Shown in pieces: positions 1-9,417 of a DNA stretch of 64,000 nt. The stretch lies in the NCBI GenBank assembly GCA_963805945.1, contig CAWDVP010000002.1, positions 448,001-512,000 of the forward strand, written 5' to 3'. The notes below the pieces were generated by a model. It saw only the letters and a program-made list of their open reading frames with translations, did not search any database and had not been told where the DNA came from. The stretch is from Vulcanimicrobiota bacterium. GTDB lineage: Bacteria > Vulcanimicrobiota > Vulcanimicrobiia > Eremiobacterales > Eremiobacteraceae. The position numbers were made by a program, and so were the translations under genes. Every line of letters begins with the position of its first letter. Within the stretch, counting starts at the first letter, position 1.

Positions 1-202
1 ATTCGAAGCGCAAGGGCTTTCGGCGCGTCTCGTGCTGCAGGTCCACGACGAGCTGATCGTCGCGACGCCGCCGCAGGAACTGGACGCGGTCCGCGCTACG
101 CTGGCGGACGCGATGGAACATGCCATGGAGCTGCGCGTGCCGCTCGTCGTCGACTTCAAGGCCGGTCCGACCTGGGGCGAAGCGGAAGCGGCTGTGGTCT
201 AG
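1..202 (+). CDS. polA: DNA polymerase I, C-terminal end (partial)
   Basis: Frame from nt 2 reads FEAQGLSARLVLQVHDELIV...LRVPLVVDFKAGPTWGEA (Pol A motif C, QVHDEL); TAG at 200-202. Confidence 0.95.
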   Translation, partial: FEAQGLSARLVLQVHDELIVATPPQELDAVRATLADAMEHAMELRVPLVVDFKAGPTWGEAEAAVV

Positions 203-208
203 CCTCGT

Positions 209-1019
209 ATGCCCGAACTGCCCGAAGTCGAGACCATCGCGCGCCATCTCCATCCGAAGATCGCCGGCAGGCGCATCGCGTCGATCGAAGCGCTGTGGGC
301 GCGCAGCATCGACCACCGCGGCTCGCCGGCACGCACGATCGAAGGCGACACGATCGCCGGGGTGCACCGGCTCGGCAAATTCGTCGCGCTCGAGCTCGCG
401 AGACGAGCCGCGCCCTGCACGATCCATCTGCGCATGACCGGCCGGCTCATCGTCGATGCGCCCGCGGCGCTGCCGCACACGCGCGTCGCGATCGCGTTCG
501 CGGACGGCGGCACGGCTCGACGTTCTCCGACGCGCGCAAGTTCGGACGGATGCGCATCGTCGAGGGCGACCCGCGCGCGGTCCTCGGCATCGGCGTCGAC
601 CCGTTCGATCCCGCGCTCACGCCGGCACGCTTCGGCGAGATGCTGCGCGGCTCGCGCGCGACGATCAAAGCCTGGCTGCTCGACCAGCGCAAGCTCGCCG
701 GCATCGGCAATATCTACGCCTGCGAGGCGCTCTTCTATGCGGGCATCCGGCCGACGCGCAAGGCCGGCCGGAAAACTCACATGTCGCGGAGCGTTGGCGC
801 TGTTGCGCGCGCTGCGCAAAGTAATGCGAAAAGCCATATTCATCGGGGTTCTAGCGTCGACGACTACGTCGATGCGGAAGGGAAACGAGGGCGAGTTTCA
901 GAAGAAAGTTGACTGTCTACGGGCGTGGTGGTTTGCCGTGTCGCCGCTGCGCAGCGACGGTCCGGCGGGTTGTCCTCGCGCAAAGGGGGACGTTTTTCTG
1001 CCCCGTGTGCCAGCACTGA
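209..1019 (+). CDS. mutM: Formamidopyrimidine-DNA glycosylase (split by apparent sequencing frameshifts)
   Basis: MPELPEVET start, HLRMTG, LLDQRKLAGIGNIYACEALF (H2TH) and FCPVCQH zinc finger spread over several frames. Confidence 0.92.
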
Positions 1020-1084
1020 TCAATTCGTTCCACGCAGCATCACAGACGAAATAACTCGGAAGAGGGATAGGTTAACTTTTGTTA

Positions 1085-2302
1085 ATGACAGACACGCCGG
1101 CGACCGCGGAGACCCAGATCCCAGCGGACACGCAGCCGCAAGACGAGTTCGCGCTCGAACAGCAACTCTACGAAGCGAGCCTGCGCACGCTCGACGAAGG
1201 ACAGGTCCTCACCGGCGTCATCGTCGCGAAGACGCATGACGAGCTGCTCGTCGACATCGGCGGCAAATCGGAGGGCATCGTCACCGGGCGCGAATTATCG
1301 CCGGGCATGCGCGTCGCAGACCTCAAGGTCGGCGACACGCTCGAGGTGCTCGTATACCGCATCGACGGCGACGGCGATGGCGCGATGTACCTCTCGGAAC
1401 GGCGCGCGCGCGCGCTCAAGACATGGGAGCGCGTGCTCGAAGCGCATGAGAACAACGAGGCGATCACCGCCACCGTGACCCAAGTGGTCAAGGGCGGCGT
1501 GCTCGTCGATCTTGGGATGCGCGGCTTCGTGCCCGCCTCGCAGATACGGCGCCATCCGGTCGGCAATCTCGAAGAGATGGTCGGCAAGGTGCTGCGCCTC
1601 AAGGTCATCGACCTCGACCACAAACGGCGGCGCGTCGTGCTCAGCCAGCGCGTCGTGCTCGAAGAAGAGCTCAACCAGAAGAAGCAAGAGCTGCTCTCCA
1701 CGCTCGAACCCGGCCAGATCCGCGAAGGCACGGTCGTGCGGCTCGCGGACTTCGGCGCGTTCGTGGATCTGGGCGGCGTCGACGGTCTGATCCACAACAG
1801 CGAGCTGTCGTGGTCGCGCATCAAACATCCCAGCGAAGCGGTGCAGATCGGCGATAAAGTGCAAGTCGAGATCATGAAGTTCGACTCGGAAGCACGCAAG
1901 GTCAGCCTGTCGCTCAAGCACTCGCTCGCGGATCCGTGGAAGACCGTGCCCGATCAGCTGCAAGAAGACCAGATCGTGCCGGCCACGCTCATCAAGGCGA
2001 CCGCCAACTATCTGTTGGTGGAAGTGCTGCCCGGCGTCACCGGCATGGTGCCGAAGTCGGAGTTCGATGCCGCCAATCCGCCCGCGATGGGCGAGCAGGT
2101 CAACGTCAAGCTGCTCTCCATCAACGTCGGCTCGCGGCGCATCAACGCGAGCGTCCTCAAGGCGTTGCCCGAGGGCGAAGCCGCGCGTGTGAGCGCGATG
2201 GCCGAGGCTGCGGCTGCGGCTGCGGCGAGCGCGGACGGCGTGCCTGAAGCCGCGACGACGGACGAAGCCTCAGCTGAAACGACGGCAGACGTACCGACAT
2301 AG
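1085..2302 (+). CDS. rpsA: Ribosomal protein S1-like protein (3-4 S1 domains)
   Basis: Repeated S1 motifs: LVDIGGKSEG, VKGGVLVDLGMRGFVPASQI, FGAFVDLGGVDGLIHNSELSW. Confidence 0.85.
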   Translation: MTDTPATAETQIPADTQPQDEFALEQQLYEASLRTLDEGQVLTGVIVAKTHDELLVDIGGKSEGIVTGRELSPGMRVADLKVGDTLEVLVYRIDGDGDGAMYLSERRARALKTWERVLEAHENNEAITATVTQVVKGGVLVDLGMRGFVPASQIRRHPVGNLEEMVGKVLRLKVIDLDHKRRRVVLSQRVVLEEELNQKKQELLSTLEPGQIREGTVVRLADFGAFVDLGGVDGLIHNSELSWSRIKHPSEAVQIGDKVQVEIMKFDSEARKVSLSLKHSLADPWKTVPDQLQEDQIVPATLIKATANYLLVEVLPGVTGMVPKSEFDAANPPAMGEQVNVKLLSINVGSRRINASVLKALPEGEAARVSAMAEAAAAAAASADGVPEAATTDEASAETTADVPT

Positions 2303-2326
2303 GTCGCGAGCTCGCGAACAATGTCA

Positions 2327-2354
2327 ATGTAGGGGCCGATCTTCAGATCGGCCC
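2327..2354 (+). repeat. REP element family A (ATGTAG + 10-2-10 palindrome)
   Basis: atgtag gggccgatct tc agatcggccc; relatives at 16556, 34484, 42875. Confidence 0.85.
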
Positions 2355-2371
2355 GTTCTCATGACGGCTCC

Positions 2372-2959
2372 ATGGTGATCGGCCTCACCGGCGGCATCGG
2401 TTCGGGCAAGTCGACGGTGGCCACGCTGTTCGAGGCGCGCGGCGCGCGCGTCATCGACACAGACGAGGTCGCGCGCGAGGTCGCCATGCCTGGCAGCGCG
2501 GTGCTCGCCGCGATCCACTACGAATTCGGCGAAAGCGTCATCGCTCCGGACGGCAGCCTCAAGCGCGCCGAGCTCGCGCGCATCGTCTTCTCCGATCCGC
2601 GCCGGCGCGAGCGGCTCAACGAACTGACGCATCCGGCCATCGTCGAGCGCACGCTCGAGATGATCGCGCATCAGCCCGCCGACGCGAAGGTCGTCGTCGT
2701 GGTGCCCTTGCTGTTCGAATCGGGCTTCGACAAACGCTGCGACGTCACGATCGCTATCGTGGCGGACCCGGCGTCGCGCCGGACGAGAGTGGCCACGCGC
2801 GACAAGGTGTCGGAAGAGCACGTCGCGGCGCGCATGAACGCGCAGCTGCCTGACGAGGAATACGAACGCAAAGCGGATCACGTCATCCGCAACGACGGCA
2901 GCCTCGCGGATCTTGAGAACTCGGTCGACGCCGTATGGCGCAAGCTGGGATCGAGCTAG
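2372..2959 (+). CDS. coaE: Dephospho-CoA kinase
   Basis: VIGLTGGIGSGKSTVA P-loop; LNELTHPAI; VPLLFESG. Confidence 0.96.
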   Translation: MVIGLTGGIGSGKSTVATLFEARGARVIDTDEVAREVAMPGSAVLAAIHYEFGESVIAPDGSLKRAELARIVFSDPRRRERLNELTHPAIVERTLEMIAHQPADAKVVVVVPLLFESGFDKRCDVTIAIVADPASRRTRVATRDKVSEEHVAARMNAQLPDEEYERKADHVIRNDGSLADLENSVDAVWRKLGSS

Positions 2960-2970
2960 CAGCGTTCGAC

Positions 2971-2996
2971 ATGGAGCGGTCGAGTGCACTCGACCG
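2971..2996 (+). repeat. REP element family B (ATGGAG + 20-bp palindrome)
   Basis: atggag cggtcgagtgcactcgaccg; relatives at 14363 and 23320-23419. Confidence 0.8.
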
Positions 2997-3014
2997 AATC
3001 AACGGAGGCGCGCG

Positions 3015-3347
3015 TCACGCGCGGACCAAGACCCGCCCCCGCTTCTTCGGATCGCGAGCTCTGCGAATCGTGATCTCAACGTCCTGACCCAACGCGTTGA
3101 GCACGCGCAGCAGGCGTTCGATCGAGAACTCTCGCGTATCCCCGCGCATCAAGCGAGATACTTGGGGCTGTGTCAGCCGAACGGATCGCGCGGCCTCTTG
3201 CTGGCTCGCCTGCTTGCGCGCCAGCAGTTCCGCGATGGCGTCCACGATCTGCGCCTTCGCTAGAGCCTCCTCGGGCAGATCGAGGCCGATATCAGCGAAC
3301 ACATTGCCGCTCCCACGCGTCACGCCCTTACGGCCGGTCTTCGCCAT
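3015..3347 (-). CDS. XRE/HigA-type HTH antitoxin
   Basis: GSGNVFADIGL...QPQVSRLMRG...FSIERLLRVLNALGQDVEITI; directly downstream of a RelE-like gene. Confidence 0.88.
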   Translation of the reverse strand: MAKTGRKGVTRGSGNVFADIGLDLPEEALAKAQIVDAIAELLARKQASQQEAARSVRLTQPQVSRLMRGDTREFSIERLLRVLNALGQDVEITIRRARDPKKRGRVLVRA

Positions 3348-3726
3348 GTCGCTTCTCCACACGCTCTTGTGCTGTTCTAAGGCGCCGTCTGATCAGATCC
3401 AACTCGCGTTTCGGCGTGCCGGCGCCTGTCAACGCCTTCTTCTGGAAGGCGTGTAGCACGTACACGATCTCGTGTGTGGTCGTGCAGGCCGCGCGGTACG
3501 TCCTGCGGCCCGAATCGTCATCCACCGAGATCTCAAGCACTGCGCGCAGATCGCCCTTCATCGGCTTGCAATCCACGTGGCTCTTGCCGCGCTGGATCTG
3601 GCGCAGCGCGTAACCCGTCACGAGCCTGACTTCCGTCGGAAACGAAGAGAGATCATCTCTTGATGAACCGACGAATTCTAACGGGCGGTCAGGTTTCGCT
3701 GCAGAGGGCGCACCTCTCGATATCAA
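3328..3726 (-). CDS. RelE/ParE-superfamily (Gp49/HigB-like) toxin
   Basis: LEFVGSSRDDLSSFP...GYALRQIQRG...YVLHAFQKK...TPKRELDLIRRRL. Confidence 0.88.
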   Translation of the reverse strand: MISRGAPSAAKPDRPLEFVGSSRDDLSSFPTEVRLVTGYALRQIQRGKSHVDCKPMKGDLRAVLEISVDDDSGRRTYRAACTTTHEIVYVLHAFQKKALTGAGTPKRELDLIRRRLRTAQERVEKRHGEDRP

Positions 3727-3730
3727 GAGT

Positions 3731-3759
3731 GTTATACCATATCCGGCCTAAACATGCAA
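3731..3759 (-). promoter_or_regulatory. Sigma70-type promoter of the TA operon
   Basis: Minus strand TTGCAT-17 nt-TATAAC with extended TG, immediately before the toxin start. Confidence 0.55.
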
Positions 3760-3839
3760 GGGCGTGCCCCGAGCGCGTGCAGCACCATCGCGACTCTTGA
3801 TTCACGGAAATGGGCGAGGGCGTCTAGTGGACGAAGCGG

Positions 3840-4580
3840 CTATTCGCCGAGGAGCTGGCTCACCGTCACGAACGTGTAACCCTGCGCGCGCAGCTGCGCG
3901 ATGATCTCCGGCAACGCCATGATGGTGTTGTACTGCCCGCTGTGCAGCAGCACGATGCCGCCCGGACGTGCCTGCTCCACCACCCGGTCGATGGTCACGT
4001 CGACCGGCAACATCGAGTTGTCCTTCGGCGAGTCGTCGGGCGCGTCGCTCCATAAGATGGTGCGGTAGCCGAGGCGCCGCGCGATGTCGACGACGCGCGT
4101 GTCGTAGCGGCCGTGCGGCGGCCGGAACAAGGTCGGGCGCGCGCCGGTGTACGTCTCGAGCAGCGTGCCGCAGCTGGTGATCTGCTCCTCGATCTCCGCG
4201 TCGGTCAGCCCTGTCAGCGAGTAATGATTGAAGGTATGGTTGGCGATCTCGCTGCCGGTCGCGACGATGCGTTCGACGAGCTGGGGATACTCTTGCATCG
4301 TCCGGCCGACGAGGAAGAACGTGGCGGGCGCGCCCGCGGTCTCCAACTGGTGCACCAGCAACGGCGTATAGAAAGGATACGGGCCGTCGTCGAAGGTGAG
4401 CGCGATCTCCTTGCGCTGCATCGGCACCGACCACACCCGGCCGTCGGCGAGGGCGCCGGTGTGCCGGCCCTCTTGCATCGCGGATGCGAGCTCGGGCCCG
4501 ACATCGGTGGACTGCGCGATCGCGGGCAGTGCCGGGGCGAGCATGAGGCACGCCGCGAGCGCGAGCCACATGCGCCTCAT
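3840..4580 (-). CDS. Secreted polysaccharide deacetylase (NodB/CE4)
   Basis: Signal peptide; IALTFDDGPYP, ATFFLVG, NHTFNH, LFRPPHG, IVLLH. Confidence 0.93.
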   Translation of the reverse strand: MRRMWLALAACLMLAPALPAIAQSTDVGPELASAMQEGRHTGALADGRVWSVPMQRKEIALTFDDGPYPFYTPLLVHQLETAGAPATFFLVGRTMQEYPQLVERIVATGSEIANHTFNHYSLTGLTDAEIEEQITSCGTLLETYTGARPTLFRPPHGRYDTRVVDIARRLGYRTILWSDAPDDSPKDNSMLPVDVTIDRVVEQARPGGIVLLHSGQYNTIMALPEIIAQLRAQGYTFVTVSQLLGE

Positions 4581-5281
4581 CTCGGCACCTGCGGCGAGAT
4601 CCAGACGCGGCCGAACGCCGACAGGAACGCTTCATCTGCAAGGCCGCGGTCGCGCACCGCGAGATACGTCGTCCGATCGGCCGACACGGAGAACACCGTG
4701 CTCTCGGTGCTGACGGCGGTCACCTTGTCCGCGGGGATGGTCGCCCATACATCGACCGTCTGCAGATCGGGGAAGCGCTCGAACGCGGTGCGCACGAGGG
4801 TGGCGGCCTCCTGCTCCATCTCTTCTTCATCGATGTCGCGCATGGTGTGCGGCACGCGCGCGGAAAACCGGATGCCGGCGGCCTCGTACGAGCCCGCATC
4901 GGAGACGAAGACCTTGAGGATGTTGTGCTTCGGCAGCACGGGATACGCCGCGTGGAACAGTTCGTCTTCGCGCAGCGGCTCGTAGCCCTCGATCCACGGG
5001 CGCTCGGCGAACGGGGTGGTGCCCGGCGCGATCTCACGATCGGTCATCGGCTCTGAGACCTCGCCGCGGCCGGTCGACTCAGACGCCGAGAGCGCTTGCC
5101 CGACGGTGCCCGGCGGGAGTTCGCCGCCCGGCTGCGAGGCCGCGGATGCAGCATGGACGACCGCGCCGCTCACCACGTGCGGGCTATGCGTCGTCGCCCT
5201 AGCAGCGCCGCAGACGCACAACACGACGGCGGCGCCCAGCGCGCCGGCCAACGGGATTTTCACGAACTCACAACGCCGCAT
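4577..5281 (-). CDS. Exported hypothetical protein
   Basis: 234-aa ORF with N-terminal hydrophobic segment; 4-nt overlap with the deacetylase. Confidence 0.65.
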   Translation of the reverse strand: MRRCEFVKIPLAGALGAAVVLCVCGAARATTHSPHVVSGAVVHAASAASQPGGELPPGTVGQALSASESTGRGEVSEPMTDREIAPGTTPFAERPWIEGYEPLREDELFHAAYPVLPKHNILKVFVSDAGSYEAAGIRFSARVPHTMRDIDEEEMEQEAATLVRTAFERFPDLQTVDVWATIPADKVTAVSTESTVFSVSADRTTYLAVRDRGLADEAFLSAFGRVWISPQVPR

Positions 5282-5510
5282 ATAGTCGATCGGTTCCAGT
5301 GCTCACGTCACGCCAAGCGCCGCGGCGGTCAATACTGACCCGGCGGCAGAGGGTTTCCTTCACGAAAATAGGCCAGGGGCCCTCGGGACCCGCACCGTTT
5401 TGGCGCCAGGGCGCGTTTCTCTGACAAGCAGACAGCCGCCCGGAAGTCGGTGCGCCCGGGCGTCGCAAGGTCTGCACCCTCACCGAACACGAGGATGGCA
5501 CAGCAAACGC

Positions 5511-5834
5511 ATGCATGAAGACGACCAGGCACCGACTCCCGCAGCCGAGGTGACCGAATCGATCACCGTGGCGATGACCGTCCGCGAGGCCGGCAAGCGC
5601 GGCGGCGATGCGGTCCGCAAGAAGTACGGCCCTTCGTTCTACGAAGAGATCGGCCGCAAGGGCGGCCGGCGCACCAAGGAGCGCCACGGCGTCGGCTTCT
5701 ACGGCAGCATCGGCCAAAAAGGCGGCAACGCGGTCAAGGACAAGTACGGCTCAGGCTTCTACGAAGAGATCGGCCATAAGGGCGGCCAGAAGGTCAAGCA
5801 GCTCATCGAAGAGGCGAAGCGCGCGGCCTCCTAA
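5511..5834 (+). CDS. KGG-repeat general stress protein (GsiB/Em-like hydrophilin)
   Basis: MTVREAGKRGG and repeats FYEEIGRKGG / FYGSIGQKGG / FYEEIGHKGG; start uncertain. Confidence 0.88.
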   Translation: MHEDDQAPTPAAEVTESITVAMTVREAGKRGGDAVRKKYGPSFYEEIGRKGGRRTKERHGVGFYGSIGQKGGNAVKDKYGSGFYEEIGHKGGQKVKQLIEEAKRAAS

Positions 5835-5889
5835 AAGCGGCGGCGGCGGGGGAAACCTCGCCGCCGAACTTCTTCTAGCGGGGTGAGCC

Positions 5890-6978
5890 TTGGCATCGTC
5901 TCTCGATTCGATCAACCGGGCGGTCGCCGATCCCGGCGATATGATGGGCGCGATCCTCGCTCTGCCCGAGCAATGCGTCCGCGCCAAGCTCATCGCGAGC
6001 AGCGCCGATCTAGGCCTACTGCAGAACAGATCGTTTCCTAACGTCGTCATCGCCGGGCTCGGCGGCTCTGCAATCGGCGCCGACCTGCTGCGCTCCATCT
6101 ACGAACCTTTCTTGCGCGTGCCGGTCGTCGTCTCGCGCGACTACCACCTGCCCGGCTTCGTCGACGCGGACACGCTCGTCATCGCCGCCAGCTACTCCGG
6201 CAACACCGAAGAGACGCTCGCATCGTACGCCGCGGCGCGCAAAGCGAACGCGTCGGTGCTCGCCATCACGACCGGGGGCGAACTGCTCACGCAGGTGCAC
6301 CGAGACGGCCAGACCGCGATCGAGATCCCCGGCGGCCTGCAGCCGCGCGCGGCGATCGGCTCGTCGCTCGTGCCGCTCATCGTGAGCATGACCCGGCTCG
6401 GGCTGATGCCCGGGCGCCTCGCCGACGAGATCGACGAGATGATCGCGACCCTCATCCGCGTGCGCGATGAGAACGCGCCGGACGTCGCGAGTCCGCGCAA
6501 TAGTGCCAAACGATTGGCAGAGCAGTGGCTCGGCAAGATCCCCGTCATCTACGGCTCGCAGGGCGAGCGCGGCGTCGTCGCCTATCGGTGGAAGTGCCAG
6601 ATCAACGAGAACGCCAAAGCGTTCGCGGTCGCCAACGTGCTGCCGGAGCTCGACCACAACGAATCGGTCGGCTGGAGCGGCGGCGAGCGCCAAGGGCGGG
6701 CAGAGCAGCCGCTGAGCGTCGTCTTCTTGCGCGACGATCGCGAGCCGACCGCCATCAGAAGGCGCGCCGAACTCACCAAGCAGATCGTCGAGAAGCGGGC
6801 TGCGTCGGTCGCCGAAGCGTGGGCGTCAGGCGAGAGCGTGCTCGCGCGCGCCATGTCGCTCGCCTACCTCGGTGATTTCGCCTCGTGCTACTTGGCGTAT
6901 GCCTACGGCGAAGATCCGACGCCGGTCAAGGTGATCGATTGGTTGAAGTCGGAGCTGGCCCGCCCGCCCCGACCCTAG
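5890..6978 (+). CDS. Bifunctional phosphoglucose/phosphomannose isomerase
   Basis: GLGGSAIGAD, SYSGNTEET, GLQPRAA, RWKCQINENAK, PELDHNE, DPTPVKVIDWLK. Confidence 0.93.
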   Translation: MASSLDSINRAVADPGDMMGAILALPEQCVRAKLIASSADLGLLQNRSFPNVVIAGLGGSAIGADLLRSIYEPFLRVPVVVSRDYHLPGFVDADTLVIAASYSGNTEETLASYAAARKANASVLAITTGGELLTQVHRDGQTAIEIPGGLQPRAAIGSSLVPLIVSMTRLGLMPGRLADEIDEMIATLIRVRDENAPDVASPRNSAKRLAEQWLGKIPVIYGSQGERGVVAYRWKCQINENAKAFAVANVLPELDHNESVGWSGGERQGRAEQPLSVVFLRDDREPTAIRRRAELTKQIVEKRAASVAEAWASGESVLARAMSLAYLGDFASCYLAYAYGEDPTPVKVIDWLKSELARPPRP

Positions 6979-7342
6979 CAGATTCTAATGGAAGCAAAAT
7001 TGTTCGGACAATCAAGATTGTTTCGCTGGGGACCAGCCCTACTTCTACCCGCCGTGATTCTGTGGACCTTGGTAGCGTATTACTTTCCAGGTGGCCAAGC
7101 GTGGGCGGGCTACGTAGTGTGGCCAACGGCCCCGGCTATCGCGATCGCTTGGCACATCACTCTTTTGTTTCGAGACAAAGACAAGGCTTTTGCAGTGGCT
7201 ATTCGCGGGCGTGAACATCGGCGCGGTGACGTACGCCTCGTTCATGGCATCAATGTTACTGTTCCACGAGAGTCTTTAGATCTCGCGATTAGGGCGATAG
7301 TTTGGTTGAACTGGGGGCTGGCCCGCCCGCCCCGACCTTAGC
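6926..7342. repeat. 54-bp imperfect direct repeat (6926-6979 / 7289-7342) flanking an inserted gene
   Basis: tcaaggtgatcgattggttgaagtcggagctggcccgcccgccccgaccctagc vs ttagggcgatagtttggttgaactgggggctggcccgcccgccccgaccttagc; 45/54 identical by hand alignment. Confidence 0.9.
6988..7279 (+). CDS. Small, more AT-rich membrane protein (about 3 TM; one apparent frameshift near 7200)
   Basis: MEAKLFGQSRLFRWGPALLLPAVILWTLVAYYF...; continues in another frame as FAGVNIGAVTYASFMASMLLFHESL*. Confidence 0.6.
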
Positions 7343-7894
7343 GATCGATTTGCCGGTCGTGATCATGCCCGTGGCGAGGTTCGCCGAGAGATGGTCCGTG
7401 CGTATCGCGACGCCGTGGTAGCTCAGATCGGTGGGACCTGGGCAGGTGAGCGTCTGCGCCGCGGTGTTCCAGACCAGCGCGTCCGTGACGAAATGCTGCT
7501 TGTCGGGTAGCCCGAGCGACCACACGCGCACGCCTTTGCTCGCGTTGTAGTTCAGACTGCGCGAGTCCACGATGATCTCGCCTGCCGCGATCTTGTACGT
7601 CGGCTTGCCGCGCAGGTAGTAGGTGGCCGCCGCGTCGTGATACGTCGAGACCGAGCCGTCGATGCTGAACTCGGACTTCGCGGCAGAAAAGCGCCAACTC
7701 GTCTTGCCATCGTGCAAACCCTGGCCGGAGATGCCGGTCACCTCGATCTTCGCGTTGGTGGTGGCGGGCACGAGGTCGGCCGTCATGAGCCCGCTGATCA
7801 GGAGATAGATCAACAGCCCGCAGAACGCGATGCCGGCGACGGCGACCCACGTCTCCCAGCGGCGCAGCAGGCCGCGCCGCACCAACACCATCAT
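7289..7894 (-). CDS. lptC: LptC-like LPS export periplasmic protein
   Basis: One N-terminal TM then beta-jellyroll-like sequence (SWRFSAAKSEF, HFVTDALVWN, GVAIRTDHLSANL); lpt gene context. Confidence 0.65.
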   Translation of the reverse strand: MMVLVRRGLLRRWETWVAVAGIAFCGLLIYLLISGLMTADLVPATTNAKIEVTGISGQGLHDGKTSWRFSAAKSEFSIDGSVSTYHDAAATYYLRGKPTYKIAAGEIIVDSRSLNYNASKGVRVWSLGLPDKQHFVTDALVWNTAAQTLTCPGPTDLSYHGVAIRTDHLSANLATGMITTGKSIAKVGAGGPAPSSTKLSP

Positions 7895-9417
7895 AGCCGC
7901 TGCGCCAAGACGCGCCGCCGCGCCGAGACGCGCCGAACCGGCGCCAGCGCCGCCGCGAGCAAGATCAGCAGCGCCAGCCCCTCCAGCCAGGTCGCGCCGA
8001 AGCGCACATACGGCGTGTCGATCGGCGGCCCGATGTGCGCGATGAGGATGTCCGAGACGTCGAGCGGCAGCTGGCCGACGATCCTCCCCTTCGGGTCGAT
8101 GACCTGCGAGATGCCCGTGTCCGCGCCGCGCACCACCCAACGCCCGGTCTGCACCGCGTCGATGGCCGCGAGGTCGGCATGGATGACCGGTCCGGAGGTC
8201 GCGCCGAACCACGCGTCGTCGGTGATGATGAGCAACGCCGTCGCGCCGAGCACCGCGCCGGCGCGCGCGTATGACGCATATGCCGACTCGAAGCAGATGA
8301 GCGGACTGAAGCGATGGCCGTCCACGTCGAGCAGCGTCGCGCCGGGGCCATGGCGGAACGCCGATGCCGCGTCGAAGCCGTGGATGCGCCGGAAGAAGTC
8401 GTCGAACGGCAAGAACTCGGCGAACGGCACGAGGATGTGCTTGCGATACACGCCCTGCAGCGACCCGTCGGGATCGAGCGTCAGCGCGACGTTGTAGAGC
8501 ACGCCGCGCTGCGGCGACTCGACCGCGCCGGCGACGAGCCACACCTTTTGCGCGCGCACCAGACCGCGCAGCTCGTTGAGCAGCGCCGGTTTCTGCAGCG
8601 GATAATCGGTGATCGCGGTCTCAGGCCAGATGACGATGTCCGCGCCGCGCGCCGCGGCGCGCTTCGTCAGATTCGTGTAGATCGCGATGGTGTGCGCGAA
8701 GATGGCGGGTGACCACTTGGTGCGCTGCGAGATGTCGCCTTGCACGATCGCGACCGTCGCGTTCGGCGCTGGGAGCGGGATGCTCGTGCGCGCGGCGTCG
8801 CCGAGCGCGATCAGCACGATGAGGCAGCCGAGCGTCGCGGCGCCGATCGCGCGGGTCGCGCCGTCGCCGAACAGGATGCCCGCCACCGCGCCGTTGCTCA
8901 ACGCGATGATCGCCGTGAGCCCGTACATGCCCGCATACGCGGCCATCGGAAGCAGCCACGCGGCATGCGCCGCGACCGCGCCGAGATGCGCGAACGGCAT
9001 GCTCACCGCGCCGTTGGTGCGCAGCGATTCCATGATGAGCCAGGCGGCGGGCGCCGCGAAGATCATCGGCAGGCGGAACGAACCGCGCGCTATGAGCGAG
9101 GTCGCCACCGCGGCGACGGCGACGAAGGAGCTCTCGCCTAGCGACAGCAGACCGAGCGCGAGGAAGCGCAAGTTGCCGATCTCATCGCCGATCGAGTAGA
9201 CCATCCACGCGTCGAGCATCGCGAACAGGATGGTGCCGGAGATGAGACTCCAGCCAAGCGCCGCCTTCCAGGACGACACGGACCATAGCCAGAACAGAGG
9301 CGCCAGCGCGACGAACGCCAGCGGCGTGTACTCCGTCTTCGGAAACGCCAGGGCGAGGATCATCGGGCAGGTAAACGCCACCGCCAAGCGGACAATGAAT
9401 GGACTTGACTGACTCAC
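7891..9417 (-). CDS. lnt: Apolipoprotein N-acyltransferase
   Basis: Multiple TMs; IVQGDI, VIWPETAI, YRKHILVPFAEFLP, PLICFES, RGADTGISQVIDPKG. Confidence 0.95.
   Translation of the reverse strand: MSQSSPFIVRLAVAFTCPMILALAFPKTEYTPLAFVALAPLFWLWSVSSWKAALGWSLISGTILFAMLDAWMVYSIGDEIGNLRFLALGLLSLGESSFVAVAAVATSLIARGSFRLPMIFAAPAAWLIMESLRTNGAVSMPFAHLGAVAAHAAWLLPMAAYAGMYGLTAIIALSNGAVAGILFGDGATRAIGAATLGCLIVLIALGDAARTSIPLPAPNATVAIVQGDISQRTKWSPAIFAHTIAIYTNLTKRAAARGADIVIWPETAITDYPLQKPALLNELRGLVRAQKVWLVAGAVESPQRGVLYNVALTLDPDGSLQGVYRKHILVPFAEFLPFDDFFRRIHGFDAASAFRHGPGATLLDVDGHRFSPLICFESAYASYARAGAVLGATALLIITDDAWFGATSGPVIHADLAAIDAVQTGRWVVRGADTGISQVIDPKGRIVGQLPLDVSDILIAHIGPPIDTPYVRFGATWLEGLALLILLAAALAPVRRVSARRRVLAQRL

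Noticed and set aside
3015..3726. TA pair as marker of a prophage or mobile element
   Set aside because: No integrase, transposase, att sites or phage genes nearby; standalone module
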